A stretch of 64,000 nt of DNA from Clostridia bacterium (GTDB taxonomy: Bacteria > Bacillota > Clostridia > UMGS1883 > UMGS1540), in assembly GCA_045535515.1 (NCBI GenBank), contig JAZSLT010000010.1, positions 1,916 through 65,915 of the forward strand, read 5' to 3'. Each line of letters begins with the position of its first letter. Position 1 is the first letter of the stretch. This document shows, one piece after another, positions 8,983 through 18,310 of the stretch. The position numbers were made by a program, and so were the translations under genes. Under the pieces are notes generated by a model. It was not told the DNA's origin. It saw only the letters and a list, made by a program, of their open reading frames with translations, and did not search any database.

Positions 8983-9915
8983 TTACTCGCTTTTTTCTTT
9001 TATGATGTAGGAAGGCCGTTTTTTAATTTCCATATACGCCTTGGAAATGTACTGCCCCTGTATGCCCATGCAGAAAAGCTGCACGCCGCTAAGGAGCAAA
9101 ATGACGCAGATGAGCGACGGCCAACCGTACGCCGAGCCTTGCCAGATAAGCTCTCTTATGACCATAACGATTATGGCGAGGAACGAAATCAGGCAAAAGA
9201 CAACGCCCAAAACGGAGGCGAGCGCCAGCGGAACGGTGGAGAAGGCGATAATACAATCTATAGAATATAAAAACAGCTTCCAGAAGGACCACTTCGTCTC
9301 GCCCGCAACTCTTTCCACATTTTCAAAGGCGAGCCATTTCGTCTTGTATCCCACCCAGCTGAAGATACCTTTGGAAAAGCGGTTGTATTCGCGAAGCTCC
9401 AAAATAGAGTCCACCATCTGCCGCGTCATCATGCGGAAATCGCGCGCGCCGTCCACAATCTCCGTCTGCGAAATTTTGTTGATGAACTTATAAAACATTC
9501 TGGCGAAGAGGGAGCGAATCACAGGCTCTCCCTTTCTCGTTACGCGCCTCGTTGCCACGCAGTCATATTCTCCCGTTTCGATAAGCCGGAGCATTTCGGG
9601 AATCAGCGTGGGCGGGTCCTGCAAATCTACATCCATTATCGTTACAAAATCGCCTGTGGCGTGGGTAAGGCCGGCATACATGGCCGCCTCCTTGCCAAAA
9701 TAGCGCGAAGACGATATATATTTCACTCTTTTATCTGCCTCCGCAAGCTTTCGCATTTCTGAAAGCGTGTTATCGCGCGAGCCGTCATCTACAAAAACAA
9801 ATTCAAAGTCGTACGCCTCCAGCTTGTCCACAACCTCGGTGGTCGCTTGGTAAAAAAGCGAAATAGTCGCCTCTTCAAAGTAGCAAGGTACGATAATAGA
9901 AACAGTTTTCTTCAT
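8983..9915 (-). CDS. family-2 glycosyltransferase (CsbB/GtrB-like polyprenyl-phosphate glycosyltransferase)
   Basis: MKKTVSIIVPCYFEE start, a DXD region (VDDGSRD...MDVDLQD) and two C-terminal TM helices. Start set at an internal ATG (9915) preceded by an RBS. Confidence 0.75.
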   Translation of the reverse strand: MKKTVSIIVPCYFEEATISLFYQATTEVVDKLEAYDFEFVFVDDGSRDNTLSEMRKLAEADKRVKYISSSRYFGKEAAMYAGLTHATGDFVTIMDVDLQDPPTLIPEMLRLIETGEYDCVATRRVTRKGEPVIRSLFARMFYKFINKISQTEIVDGARDFRMMTRQMVDSILELREYNRFSKGIFSWVGYKTKWLAFENVERVAGETKWSFWKLFLYSIDCIIAFSTVPLALASVLGVVFCLISFLAIIVMVIRELIWQGSAYGWPSLICVILLLSGVQLFCMGIQGQYISKAYMEIKKRPSYIIKEKSE

Positions 9916-10074
9916 GTTTTTCCCTTCCTCTGTCAGGCAAAAAGGATTAGCCTGCACACATAAATTTTCTTTCGTTTTTTGCCATAATATCGGCAAAACA
10001 CCACTCCCGAATATTCTACATCAATGTTCCACTTTTGTCAATTCCCTTTGCAAATATTTTAGGAAAAGGCGCGC

Positions 10075-10110
10075 AAAAAATCCCGCTCCGAAAAGCGGGA
10101 TTTTTGTCAG
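10075..10110. terminator. bidirectional intrinsic terminator (aaaaatcccgct-ccgaaa-agcgggattttt)
   Basis: Perfect 12-bp stem flanked by A and T runs, between convergent/adjacent minus-strand genes. Confidence 0.55.
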
Positions 10111-10871
10111 CCTAAAATCAGTTTTGTCAGGGAATATAATACGGACGGACAGAGAAGACAGCCGAGGCCTGTGTAGAAGGTCGCGGTCATCGCGCCGTAG
10201 GGAACAAGCTTTGCATCGGTTGCCGCAAGACCTGCGCTCGTGCCGCTTGTGGTTCCCATGAGGCCGCCGTAAATCATGGCCGCCTGTGGCGTGTTAAGGC
10301 CGATTTTTTTAGCTAAAAGCGGCGTCGAAACCATAACGGCTATGGATTTGACAAGGCCGACTGCGATGGAAATAGCGATGACGGTAGATTCGGCGCCAAC
10401 GGCCGCCCCCGTAACGGGGCCTACCACAAAGGTAACGGCACCGGCGCCAATCGTGGCTACGCTTGCCGCATCGTGGTAACCAAAGGCGTATGCCACAACG
10501 CCGCCGGCAATGAACGCGGAGATAACGCCGAAAAACAGAGAGATGATGCCGGCAAGTCCGCATTTTTTAATTTCCGATGCCTTGGCGCCGTACGCCGTGG
10601 CAATAATGGCATAATCCCGAAGAGACGAGCTTCCCAGTAGGCCAATGCCGGCCAGCATCCCGACATCGGAAATGCCTTTTTCCCCGCCTGTAACCTTACC
10701 GCCGATATAGGCGAGGATAAGGCCGATAAAGATAGCAATAGCAGAGGCGTGTATTCTGCCCTTTGTTACTTTTTTCGCCACAAAGGCAGCGAAAAGGGAG
10801 ATGATGCCAACCACTAAAAACGACATGACAAGGCCGTTCTTTGTAAAAAGGTCTACGATTATCTTCAGCAT
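10107..10871 (-). CDS. madM: malonate transporter subunit MadM-family membrane protein
   Basis: 254-aa polytopic membrane protein. It overlaps the MadL-like ORF by 7 nt, as in madLM. The family call comes from recalled similarity. Confidence 0.5.
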   Translation of the reverse strand: MLKIIVDLFTKNGLVMSFLVVGIISLFAAFVAKKVTKGRIHASAIAIFIGLILAYIGGKVTGGEKGISDVGMLAGIGLLGSSSLRDYAIIATAYGAKASEIKKCGLAGIISLFFGVISAFIAGGVVAYAFGYHDAASVATIGAGAVTFVVGPVTGAAVGAESTVIAISIAVGLVKSIAVMVSTPLLAKKIGLNTPQAAMIYGGLMGTTSGTSAGLAATDAKLVPYGAMTATFYTGLGCLLCPSVLYSLTKLILG

Positions 10872-11248
10872 GCTTTCTCCTCCTCTTTGTCCGCTTTTTT
10901 GCCAACCATCGCACCGAGCACCGGCACCAGAGCAAACGCGACCGCAACGGCCGCGAGGCCGCCAATAATCGCAAGCATCCCGCTCGATACGGCATTATAT
11001 ACATTCTGCGATGCGCTCATGGCGACAACGATGGGGAGAAACATGTCTTTCCAGAAAGACAAGCCTTCGTGTGTGCCTTTCGGCAGTTTAGAAAAGATTT
11101 TCTCCGAATTGGTTACCCAGAGAAGCAAAAGCATGGCAAACCCAACGCCGCCGACATCGGAATTTAAACCGATTAGCAGGCCGATGGTGTTGCCGAGAAA
11201 AGAGCCTGTGAGCATACAGGCCGCAAGCAAAGCCGCCCCATAAATCAT
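10865..11248 (-). CDS. madL: malonate transporter subunit MadL-family membrane protein
   Basis: 127 aa with 4 TM helices. The IVVAMSASQNVYNAVSSG block is MadL-like. Confidence 0.5.
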   Translation of the reverse strand: MIYGAALLAACMLTGSFLGNTIGLLIGLNSDVGGVGFAMLLLLWVTNSEKIFSKLPKGTHEGLSFWKDMFLPIVVAMSASQNVYNAVSSGMLAIIGGLAAVAVAFALVPVLGAMVGKKADKEEEKAC

Positions 11249-11383
11249 ATTGTTCCCTCGCCTTCCAAAATTTTTTTCATTATATCACGCGGCGGGGGTG
11301 TTGTCAATACGGAAAAGGAAGAAAGGTGAAAAGAATGGGGTGGATGACAATGTTTAGGCGATATAATAGATGCAGGTGTTTTT

Positions 11384-11560
11384 AGTGATATTCCAACTTC
11401 GTTGGCGTGATATTTTTGATAAATCAAAAGTGATATTGAAACCTTATGGTTTCAGTGATATTATATTTGCCATTAAACTGTGCGAAGCAAAATATCACTC
11501 GGCGAAGCCGAATATAACTGCGAAGCAATATAACTTGCCAAAGGCAAATATAACTGAAAA
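11384..11560 (+). repeat. GTGATATT / AATATAACT box-hairpin array (family B)
   Basis: Four GTGATATT boxes, each followed by a different small hairpin (ccaac/gttgg, tttgat/tcaaaa, gaaacc/ggtttc). Then an inverted AATATCAC. Then three AATATAACT boxes separated by tcggc/gccga, gc/gc and tgcc/ggca hairpins. Confidence 0.65.
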
Positions 11561-11590
11561 AAGACATCCATTGGATGTCTTTTTTCTGGT
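11556..11590. terminator. bidirectional terminator (agacatcca-ttgg-atgtct flanked by A/T runs) downstream of the tRNA pair
   Basis: A hairpin with an A-run on one side and a T-run on the other. On the minus strand it immediately follows the CCA end of the tRNA. Confidence 0.55.
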
Positions 11591-11663
11591 GGGCCCTCAG
11601 GGACTCGAACCCGGGACCATTCGGTTATGAGCCGAATGCTCTAACCAACTGAGCTAAGGGCCC
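11587..11663 (-). tRNA. tRNA with CAU anticodon (elongator Met or lysidine-type Ile2; the D-arm GCTCAGTTGGTTAGAGC resembles Ile2/Met)
   Basis: The reverse complement folds into a cloverleaf: GGGCCCT acceptor, CT-CAT-AA anticodon loop, GGTTCGAGTCC T-arm and an encoded CCA. Confidence 0.8.
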
Positions 11664-11666
11664 GTA

Positions 11667-11741
11667 TGGTGACCCCTACGAGAATCGAACTCGTGTTACC
11701 GCCGTGAAAGGGCGATGTCTTAACCGCTTGACCAAGGGGCC
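11667..11741 (-). tRNA. tRNA-Glu (UUC)
   Basis: The reverse complement, GGCCCCTTGGTCAAGCGGTTAAGACATCGCCCTTTCACGGCGGTAACACGAGTTCGATTCTCGTAGGGGTCACCA, is a near-identical match to Firmicutes tRNA-Glu. Confidence 0.85.
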
Positions 11742-11818
11742 GTATAGTAGCGCCTATAGCGCGTACAGCTTAGTATACCATGTTTTTTGCCCGATTGCAA
11801 GCCTTTTTTATAATTTTT

Positions 11819-12931
11819 TTACGGCCCTGTGGCAAGCGGCGCGGAATATTCCGCTATCCGCTGCAAAATTCTTTCCGCCTCCTCGCCTGTGGCGGGGGTG
11901 GGGCGGTAGTCGTTCAAATTGTTTTGCGAAGAGATACGGCAGGGGATAACGCGGCTTTCCCACTCGCCTGTAAGCGCCCCGTCCACCGTCTGAAACAGCA
12001 TCTGATATATCATGCAATCCTTATCGGACGGGTTGTGGTTGCCGCCAAAGCAGAAGTTGCCCATGCTGTACACAATTTCCTTGCCGCGGTACTTTTCTAT
12101 GCCCTGGAGAATATGGGGGTGGTGTCCCCAGACGCCGTCGGCCCCTGCATCAATGGCATAGCGCCCGATAGCCCTTTGCACCTCGTACGGATAGTGCTCG
12201 CCTTCTATGCCCCAGTGGCAGCTTACAAACACCAAATCTGCGCCCCGCTCCCGAAGGGAGGAGATGGCATCGCGGATAGAGGCGCGAACCTTTGCATCAT
12301 CATACCACACGGAAAAGGCCGCAACGCCGATATACACGGCGCCTTCTTTTCTTTCCGCACCTTCCTCTACTTCCTCGGCGCGCTCACCCGGCCGGGCGGA
12401 GAAAAGCGCCGTTTTTTCGCCGTACGCGTAGGAAATGCCGTGGGCCTCCAGCGCGGCGCGCGTATCCGAAAAGCCCGCCTCTCCAAAATCGTAGGTATGG
12501 TTATTCGCGAGGGAAACGACCTCCACGCCGCCCTCCGACAGGATTTCGGCATACTGCGCCGGCCCTTTGAAGGCATAGGTTTTATCGGCGCGCGCATCGG
12601 ACTCTGTGAGCGTTCCTTCAAAATTTAAGAAGGTGAGGGCGTCTGCCTTGAAAATGGGCGAGACCGCCTCGAGAAAATACGCGCTCCTTTTCTCTTCCTC
12701 CTGAAAACGGGCATGAAAACTGCCCCCGTAGGAAAAGAGGGGGTCGCTGCCGAGTGTGGTATCACCGGCACAGGAGATGACGATGGTTTCCACCTTTGGC
12801 GTGGGCAGCGGTGTGGAAACAGATACGGCGGGAGCTGTCTTCCCCCGCCGCACAAGCTCTGCTGTCAGCACGCCGCCTCCTGTGCATAAAAGAGCTGCTA
12901 TGAGGATAAGCGCAAGCTGTTTTTTTCTCAT
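11819..12931 (-). CDS. CapA-family metallophosphoesterase (poly-gamma-glutamate/capsule biosynthesis CapA-like)
   Basis: Signal peptide/lipobox, then [22 protein letters not shown] and ANNHTYDFG motifs of the MPP_CapA family. Confidence 0.65.
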   Translation of the reverse strand: MRKKQLALILIAALLCTGGGVLTAELVRRGKTAPAVSVSTPLPTPKVETIVISCAGDTTLGSDPLFSYGGSFHARFQEEEKRSAYFLEAVSPIFKADALTFLNFEGTLTESDARADKTYAFKGPAQYAEILSEGGVEVVSLANNHTYDFGEAGFSDTRAALEAHGISYAYGEKTALFSARPGERAEEVEEGAERKEGAVYIGVAAFSVWYDDAKVRASIRDAISSLRERGADLVFVSCHWGIEGEHYPYEVQRAIGRYAIDAGADGVWGHHPHILQGIEKYRGKEIVYSMGNFCFGGNHNPSDKDCMIYQMLFQTVDGALTGEWESRVIPCRISSQNNLNDYRPTPATGEEAERILQRIAEYSAPLATGP

Positions 12932-14196
12932 TTTTCGATGATGTCGGTTCCCATGTACGGACGAAGTACCTCGGGAATTACGATGCTGCCGTCATCTCGC
13001 TGGAAGTTTTCCAAAACGGCGGCCACCGTTCTGCCAACGGCTACACCGGAGCCGTTTAAGGTGTGTACCAGCTGCGCTTTTCCATTTCCGTCGCGGTAGC
13101 GGATGGAGGCGCGGCGTGCCTGGAAGTCCTCGAAATTACTGCAGGAAGAGATTTCCACATACCGGCCGTAGCTCGGCATCCATACCTCGATGTCATACTT
13201 CATCGCGGCCGTAAAGCCAAGGTCGCCCACGCAGATTTTTACGACGCGGTAGGGAAGGCCCAGGCCCTGCAAAACGCTTTCGGCATCCCGTGTGAGCTTT
13301 TCCAGCTCCTCATAGGAATCCTCCGGCTTTGTAAACTTTACAAGCTCTACCTTATTAAACTGATGCTGGCGGATAAGGCCGCGCGTGTCGCGCCCTGCGC
13401 TGCCGGCCTCCGCACGGAAACAGGCGGAATACGCCGCGTGCTTTATGGGGAGTGCCGCGCCGTCGAGTATCTGGTCGCGGTATAAATTGGTGACCGGCAC
13501 CTCGGCTGTCGGAATAAGGAAGTAATCCGTATCCGTTACCTTAAAGGCATCCTCTTCAAATTTTGGCAGCTGGCCTGTGCCGACCATGCTGTTTCTGTGT
13601 ACCATGTACGGCGGCAGAATTTCCGTGTAGCCGTTCTCCACCGTATGCTTATCGAGAAAATAGCTGATTATCGCACGCTCGAGCCTTGCGCCAAGGCCGC
13701 GGTACACCGTAAAGCGCGCGCCTGTGATTTTAGCGGCAGAGGCAAAATCCAGTATGCCGAGGCTCTCGCCCAAGTCCCAATGCGCCTTCGGCTCGAAGGG
13801 AAATTCCGTGGGCGTACCAAAGCGGCGGATTTCTACATTATCCTCGTCGGTGTCGCCGTCGGGCACGGTGGGATTGGGAATGTTCGGGATGCGAAGGAGT
13901 CGCGTTTCCTGCTCTTCCTCTATTTCGCGCGTCTGGCTGTCCAGCGCCTTGATTTTATCGGAAATTTCGCGCATTTCGGCAAATATCGCTGTCGTGTCCT
14001 CGCCCGCCTTTTTCATTTTCGGGATTTCCTTAGAAACCTCATTTTGTCTGGCTTTGAGCTGCTCCGCCTCAAAAAGAAGGGCGCGGCGCTTCTCATCCAG
14101 CGCAAGGACAGCGTCAATATCTATTTCCTCTTTTCTTCTTGCCAGCGCTTTTTTTATTTCCTCGGTTTCCGTTCTCAGTCGCTTAATGTCTAACAT
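12928..14196 (-). CDS. serS: serine--tRNA ligase
   Basis: 422 aa. N-terminal coiled-coil arm (MLDIKRLR...) plus a class II aaRS core with conserved motifs. Confidence 0.9.
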   Translation of the reverse strand: MLDIKRLRTETEEIKKALARRKEEIDIDAVLALDEKRRALLFEAEQLKARQNEVSKEIPKMKKAGEDTTAIFAEMREISDKIKALDSQTREIEEEQETRLLRIPNIPNPTVPDGDTDEDNVEIRRFGTPTEFPFEPKAHWDLGESLGILDFASAAKITGARFTVYRGLGARLERAIISYFLDKHTVENGYTEILPPYMVHRNSMVGTGQLPKFEEDAFKVTDTDYFLIPTAEVPVTNLYRDQILDGAALPIKHAAYSACFRAEAGSAGRDTRGLIRQHQFNKVELVKFTKPEDSYEELEKLTRDAESVLQGLGLPYRVVKICVGDLGFTAAMKYDIEVWMPSYGRYVEISSCSNFEDFQARRASIRYRDGNGKAQLVHTLNGSGVAVGRTVAAVLENFQRDDGSIVIPEVLRPYMGTDIIEK

Positions 14197-14208
14197 TTTT
14201 CTCTCTCC

Positions 14209-14625
14209 TTAGTCTATTTTTCTGTCTATATCCGCTTTTACTCTGTCATATCTTCCTTTTATATGCTCCTTCAATATAGAAGGGTCCACCGTATCCAGCG
14301 TTTCCCGGGCCTCCTTATACTCGCCGCGCTCGCACAGCCCGTCCGCTATATAAATGGCCTCGACGGCACCGGCATACACCTCGGCCGCGTTTCGGCTGTT
14401 CTCAAGCTCTGCCGTAAGCTGACGCGTTTTTTCTTCCAGCCCCGAAATCGTCATTTCATTTTTCACCTTCGCCTCTGCCAGCTGTGCGTTTTCGGTTTGC
14501 AGATTCTGCAGATTGCTTTTATAGCTCTGGTTCCCCAGCATCGCCAGACTCAGAAGCACCAGTACAAGTGCAACCGTAAAGAGGATGATGGTATACATCC
14601 AAAAAGACTTAGAATTTTTGTTCAT
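14209..14625 (-). CDS. small TM + coiled-coil protein (DUF4446-like) upstream of parB
   Basis: 138 aa with one N-terminal TM helix followed by a coiled coil. This is a conserved position next to parAB in Clostridia. Confidence 0.35.
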   Translation of the reverse strand: MNKNSKSFWMYTIILFTVALVLVLLSLAMLGNQSYKSNLQNLQTENAQLAEAKVKNEMTISGLEEKTRQLTAELENSRNAAEVYAGAVEAIYIADGLCERGEYKEARETLDTVDPSILKEHIKGRYDRVKADIDRKID

Positions 14626-14742
14626 TTTACTCCGCCCTTTCTCTAAGGCTCAAAATTCGTTTATACGAAAAGAAAGCCTTTTTGTATATGTTTATATTCC
14701 TTTTTATTTTTATGCGCCTTAAAACGCAATTTTGAAAGCCGC

Positions 14743-15585
14743 CTAAATTCCAAAAATTTCCATAATTCGTTCAAATTCGGCTGCCGTCCCGTAGGAAATT
14801 TCAATTTTCCCTTTTTTGGCGTTTCCGCAAAGGCGCACACGCGAGCCGATTTTTTTAGAGAACCTTTCCTCCATATCCCGGATTTCTGCGGTATATTTTA
14901 CCGGTGCCTTCTTCGCCGGCCGGCCAAGACTTACCAGCCGCTCCAGCTCTCTGACGGAAAGGCCTTCGCGGATGACTCTCTCGGCAAGAGAAAGCTGGTC
15001 GGCATCAGCCGCCGCAAGGAGTGTTCTGGCATGGCCCGCCGATATTTTTCCTTCGCGCACCAGTTTTCTGACCGGCTCCTTCAGCGCCAGAAGGCGCAGG
15101 GCGTTGGCAACGGCGCTTCGGCTTTTTCCGATTTTTTCGCTGATTTCCTCCTGCGTCATGCCGTATAAATCCATAAGGTTACGAAAGCCCTCTGCCTCTT
15201 CCATGGGATTTAAATTTTCCCGCTGCAAGTTTTCAATCAGAGCAATTTCGCTGGCCGTTTTCTCATCGTATTCCCGGATAATGGCCGGAATTTCCTTTAA
15301 ATCTGCCATTCGGGCCGCACGCCACCGCCGCTCGCCGGCAATAATCGTGTAAAAGCCGTTTTCGTTCTTAGAAACAACGATAGGCTGAATAATGCCATGC
15401 TCCCGCACGGAGGCTGCCAGCTCCTCCAGCTGCTCGGCGGAAAAGCTTTTTCGCGGCTGGTCCTTATTCGGCTCTACTTCGGCAATCCGCAGATATACGA
15501 TTTTATTGCTATCCGGTTCGTTTTGCGGGAAATCTGCAGAAGTGAACAGGGCATCCAGTCCTTTTCCAAGTCCACCCTTAGCCAT
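14743..15585 (-). CDS. parB: chromosome partitioning protein ParB/Spo0J
   Basis: 280 aa with ParB box motifs (GERRWRAA) and a central HTH. It lies downstream of parA in the same operon. Confidence 0.9.
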   Translation of the reverse strand: MAKGGLGKGLDALFTSADFPQNEPDSNKIVYLRIAEVEPNKDQPRKSFSAEQLEELAASVREHGIIQPIVVSKNENGFYTIIAGERRWRAARMADLKEIPAIIREYDEKTASEIALIENLQRENLNPMEEAEGFRNLMDLYGMTQEEISEKIGKSRSAVANALRLLALKEPVRKLVREGKISAGHARTLLAAADADQLSLAERVIREGLSVRELERLVSLGRPAKKAPVKYTAEIRDMEERFSKKIGSRVRLCGNAKKGKIEISYGTAAEFERIMEIFGI

Positions 15586-15609
15586 ATAACCACTTCCTTC
15601 CTATTATAT

Positions 15610-16383
15610 TTATTCTGTTTCCATTGGTCGGTCCAGTACCTCCTGCGCCAAGTCCATATAGCTTTCCGCGCCGCGGCTGTGGGGGTCATACACGATGACA
15701 GGTTGTCCAAAGCCGGGAGCCTCGGAAAGGCGGACATTACGCGGGATAATCGTTTTGTATACCTTTTGCGGGAAAAACTTTTTCACCTCGTCCACCACCT
15801 GAATTGCGAGATTGGTGCGCGAGGAAAACATGGTCATCAAAACGCCTTCTATTTCAATCTGCGGATTTAAAAGCTTTTTCACTCTTTTTATCGTGGCCGT
15901 AAGCTGGCTGAGGCCTTCCAGCGCATAGTATTCGCATTGGATGGGCATGAGAACGGAGCCGCAAGCCGTCAGCGCATTTAAGGTAATGAGACTGAGTGAC
16001 GGCGGACAATCAATAAAAATAAAATCGTAATCCGCCTGTATGTCGGAAAGGGCCTCTTTCAGGCGATATTCACGCGCCATGAGCCCCACAAGCTCAATTT
16101 CCGCACCGGAAAGCGCCAGGCTGGAGGGACAAACGAAAAGATTTCGAAACTCCGTTTTTACAATAACCTCTTCCATTTTTTTTGCTTCAATGAGGACATC
16201 GTATACGGAATGTTCTATTGTCCGGTTGTCAATGCCGAGTCCGCTCGTTGCATTTCCCTGCGGGTCCATATCCACAAGAAGAACTTTTTGGCCTTTTTTT
16301 GCCAGACAAGCCGCTAAATTCACAGAGGTCGTGGTTTTTCCCACGCCGCCCTTCTGGTTGGCTATTGCTATTATTCTTGCCAT
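15610..16383 (-). CDS. parA: chromosome partitioning ATPase ParA/Soj
   Basis: Deviant Walker A (KGGVGKTT) and 257 aa. Confidence 0.9.
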   Translation of the reverse strand: MARIIAIANQKGGVGKTTTSVNLAACLAKKGQKVLLVDMDPQGNATSGLGIDNRTIEHSVYDVLIEAKKMEEVIVKTEFRNLFVCPSSLALSGAEIELVGLMAREYRLKEALSDIQADYDFIFIDCPPSLSLITLNALTACGSVLMPIQCEYYALEGLSQLTATIKRVKKLLNPQIEIEGVLMTMFSSRTNLAIQVVDEVKKFFPQKVYKTIIPRNVRLSEAPGFGQPVIVYDPHSRGAESYMDLAQEVLDRPMETE

Positions 16384-16439
16384 GACTATCTCCCTTTTAT
16401 ATAGTTTCTTCTGCTATTTATCCCATTATAACACAAACT

Positions 16440-16455
16440 TGTTTCACGTGAAACA
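16440..16455. promoter_or_regulatory. parS site 1 (perfect TGTTTCACGTGAAACA palindrome)
   Basis: Exact 16-bp consensus ParB-binding palindrome, 57 bp upstream of the parA start. Confidence 0.85.
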
Positions 16456-16477
16456 AAAAAAGGAAAAAAATATAAAT

Positions 16478-16493
16478 TGTTTCACGTGAAACA
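16478..16493. promoter_or_regulatory. parS site 2 (perfect TGTTTCACGTGAAACA palindrome)
   Basis: Second exact copy, 38 bp centre to centre from site 1. Confidence 0.85.
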
Positions 16494-16617
16494 TTTTATA
16501 GCGGCTTTTATCTGCTCTCTTTTTGCCTTTTTGCGGTGCCTGTTTTTTGCCCTTTTCCCTTTCGTTTTTTTGTTCTATACTGAAAGAAAAAAATTTTCTT
16601 TTTTCTGTTTTTTCTTC

Positions 16618-16646
16618 TTGCAAAAAAGGAATTTTTTTGGTATAAT
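16618..16646 (+). promoter_or_regulatory. dnaA promoter (TTGCAA, 17 bp, TGgTATAAT)
   Basis: -35 at 16618-16623 and an extended -10 with TATAAT at 16641-16646. Confidence 0.5.
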
Positions 16647-16679
16647 AGGATGGAGTGGATATAGAAGGAAAGGTCTTGT

Positions 16680-16800
16680 TTTCCACACTTATTTTCGTAC
16701 TTTTTCACTTTTCCACATACTTATCCACATAAAACAAGCTGATTTTGCCGCGATTTGCCTGTTTTCCACATCTTCCGGTTTTTTTGTTTTCCACTTTTCC
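16680..16800 (+). promoter_or_regulatory. oriC part 1: cluster of DnaA boxes upstream of dnaA
   Basis: A perfect TTATCCACA at 16721-16729. Four more TT(T)TCCAC(A/T) variants (ttccacact, ttttccacata, gttttccacatc, ttttccact) in the same orientation. Confidence 0.7.
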
Positions 16801-16853
16801 GCCGGTAAAAAGGCTTGCATATTATCACTTTTTGGGAAAGGATTTTTCTATAC

Positions 16854-18161
16854 ATGGATGGCGAACTTTTAAATATCTGGGAACATGCTTTGCCTCTGAT
16901 TGAGGAAGAGGTTACGCCGGTCGGCTACAAGACCTGGATTTTAGCAATTTCCCCACTTTCTATTGAAAACAATTTTTTAAATGTTTCTGTACCAAATGAG
17001 GTAAACAAAAACATGGTGGACCACCGCTACAAGGAGCTGATTCAAAATGCCGTGTACGAGGTTTCCGGTCACCGCTGTACGCTCGTGGTACATATCGGCG
17101 AGGCACCCGAGGAAAAGAAGGAAGAGAAGGCCGCCCGAAATCTCGGTATGCCGTTAAATCCGAAGTATACCTTTGACAGCTTCGTCGTCGGCGGCTCCAA
17201 CCGTTTTGCGCACGCGGCCTCGCTTGCCGTTGCCGAAACGCCGGCCAGGACCTATAATCCCTTGTTTTTGTACGGCGGCGTAGGGCTTGGCAAAACGCAT
17301 CTTCTGCATGCTATCGGCAACTTTATCATTGAAAATAACCACGATATGCAGGTAATGTACATTTCGGCCGAAACCTTTACCAATGAGCTGATTAACTCCA
17401 TCAAGGATTCGAGAAACGATGAATTCCGCGAGAAATACCGCAGCGTGGATGTTCTGATGGTGGACGATATTCAGTTTATCGCCGGCAAAAAGGTAACGGA
17501 AGAGGAATTTTTCCATACCTTTAATACGCTTTACGATGCCAATAAACAGATTATCATCACGAGTGACCGGCCGCCCAAAGAGCTGAAAACGCTGGAGGAC
17601 AGGCTTCGTTCGCGCTTTGAATGGGGCATTATCGGCGATTTGTATGCGCCTGACTATGAAACGAGAGTAGCCATTCTGCGCAAAAAAGCACAGCTCGAAA
17701 AAATTGAAATTCCCGATGAAATTCTGGAGCTGATTGCCGAGAAAATTACCTCCAATATCCGCGAGCTGGAGGGTGTTTTCAACCGCGTACTCGCGTATCG
17801 CGGCCTTATAAACAGCGAAATTACGATAGATGTGGCGCTGGATGCGATGAAAAGCTACCACGCAACAGGCGGGCCGAATGTAAGCCCCGAGGAAATTGTG
17901 GATGCCTGTGCCAAATTCTATCATGTAAAAAAAGAAGATATTATGGGCAACAAACGCACAAAGAATATTGCCCGCGCAAGGCAGGTTGTGATGTATATGA
18001 TGCGCGAGATTTTAGGGTATTCGCACCTTAAAATTGCGAAATACCTGGATAAGCACCACACAACCGTTATGTATGGCATAAATGAAGTGGAATCCGCCAT
18101 GCAGGAGGACCATGCCTTCCATATGGAAATATCCACACTCAAGAAGGATATCACAGAATAG
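16854..18161 (+). CDS. dnaA: chromosomal replication initiator protein DnaA
   Basis: AAA+ Walker A (GGVGLGKTHL), a domain IV DNA-binding region and conserved oriC synteny. Start placed at MDGELLNIWEH (16854) rather than the upstream ATG of the ORF track. Confidence 0.9.
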   Translation: MDGELLNIWEHALPLIEEEVTPVGYKTWILAISPLSIENNFLNVSVPNEVNKNMVDHRYKELIQNAVYEVSGHRCTLVVHIGEAPEEKKEEKAARNLGMPLNPKYTFDSFVVGGSNRFAHAASLAVAETPARTYNPLFLYGGVGLGKTHLLHAIGNFIIENNHDMQVMYISAETFTNELINSIKDSRNDEFREKYRSVDVLMVDDIQFIAGKKVTEEEFFHTFNTLYDANKQIIITSDRPPKELKTLEDRLRSRFEWGIIGDLYAPDYETRVAILRKKAQLEKIEIPDEILELIAEKITSNIRELEGVFNRVLAYRGLINSEITIDVALDAMKSYHATGGPNVSPEEIVDACAKFYHVKKEDIMGNKRTKNIARARQVVMYMMREILGYSHLKIAKYLDKHHTTVMYGINEVESAMQEDHAFHMEISTLKKDITE

Positions 18162-18262
18162 TTTTCCACTATAAAAAGTGCCTGTTTTCGGCGAAAAAAG
18201 GACTTTTCCGTCCTTTCCACATGCTCTACTATAAATACTATTTTATTATTATATATATTAGC
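18160..18262 (+). promoter_or_regulatory. oriC part 2: DnaA boxes plus an AT-rich DNA unwinding element in the dnaA-dnaN spacer
   Basis: ttttccact and tcctttccacatg boxes, then a 35-bp stretch made almost entirely of A and T (tataaatactattttattattatatatatta). Confidence 0.6.
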
Positions 18263-18310
18263 GCGTTTTCCTTTTCAGAGGAGCGCCCTTTAAAAAACGG
18301 AGGACAAATC

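Noticed and set aside
11370-11630. 86-aa ORF and 60-aa antisense ORF over the family-B array and tRNA
   Set aside because: They overlap the tRNA-Met/Ile2 gene and the periodic box array, and no ribosome-binding site is present.
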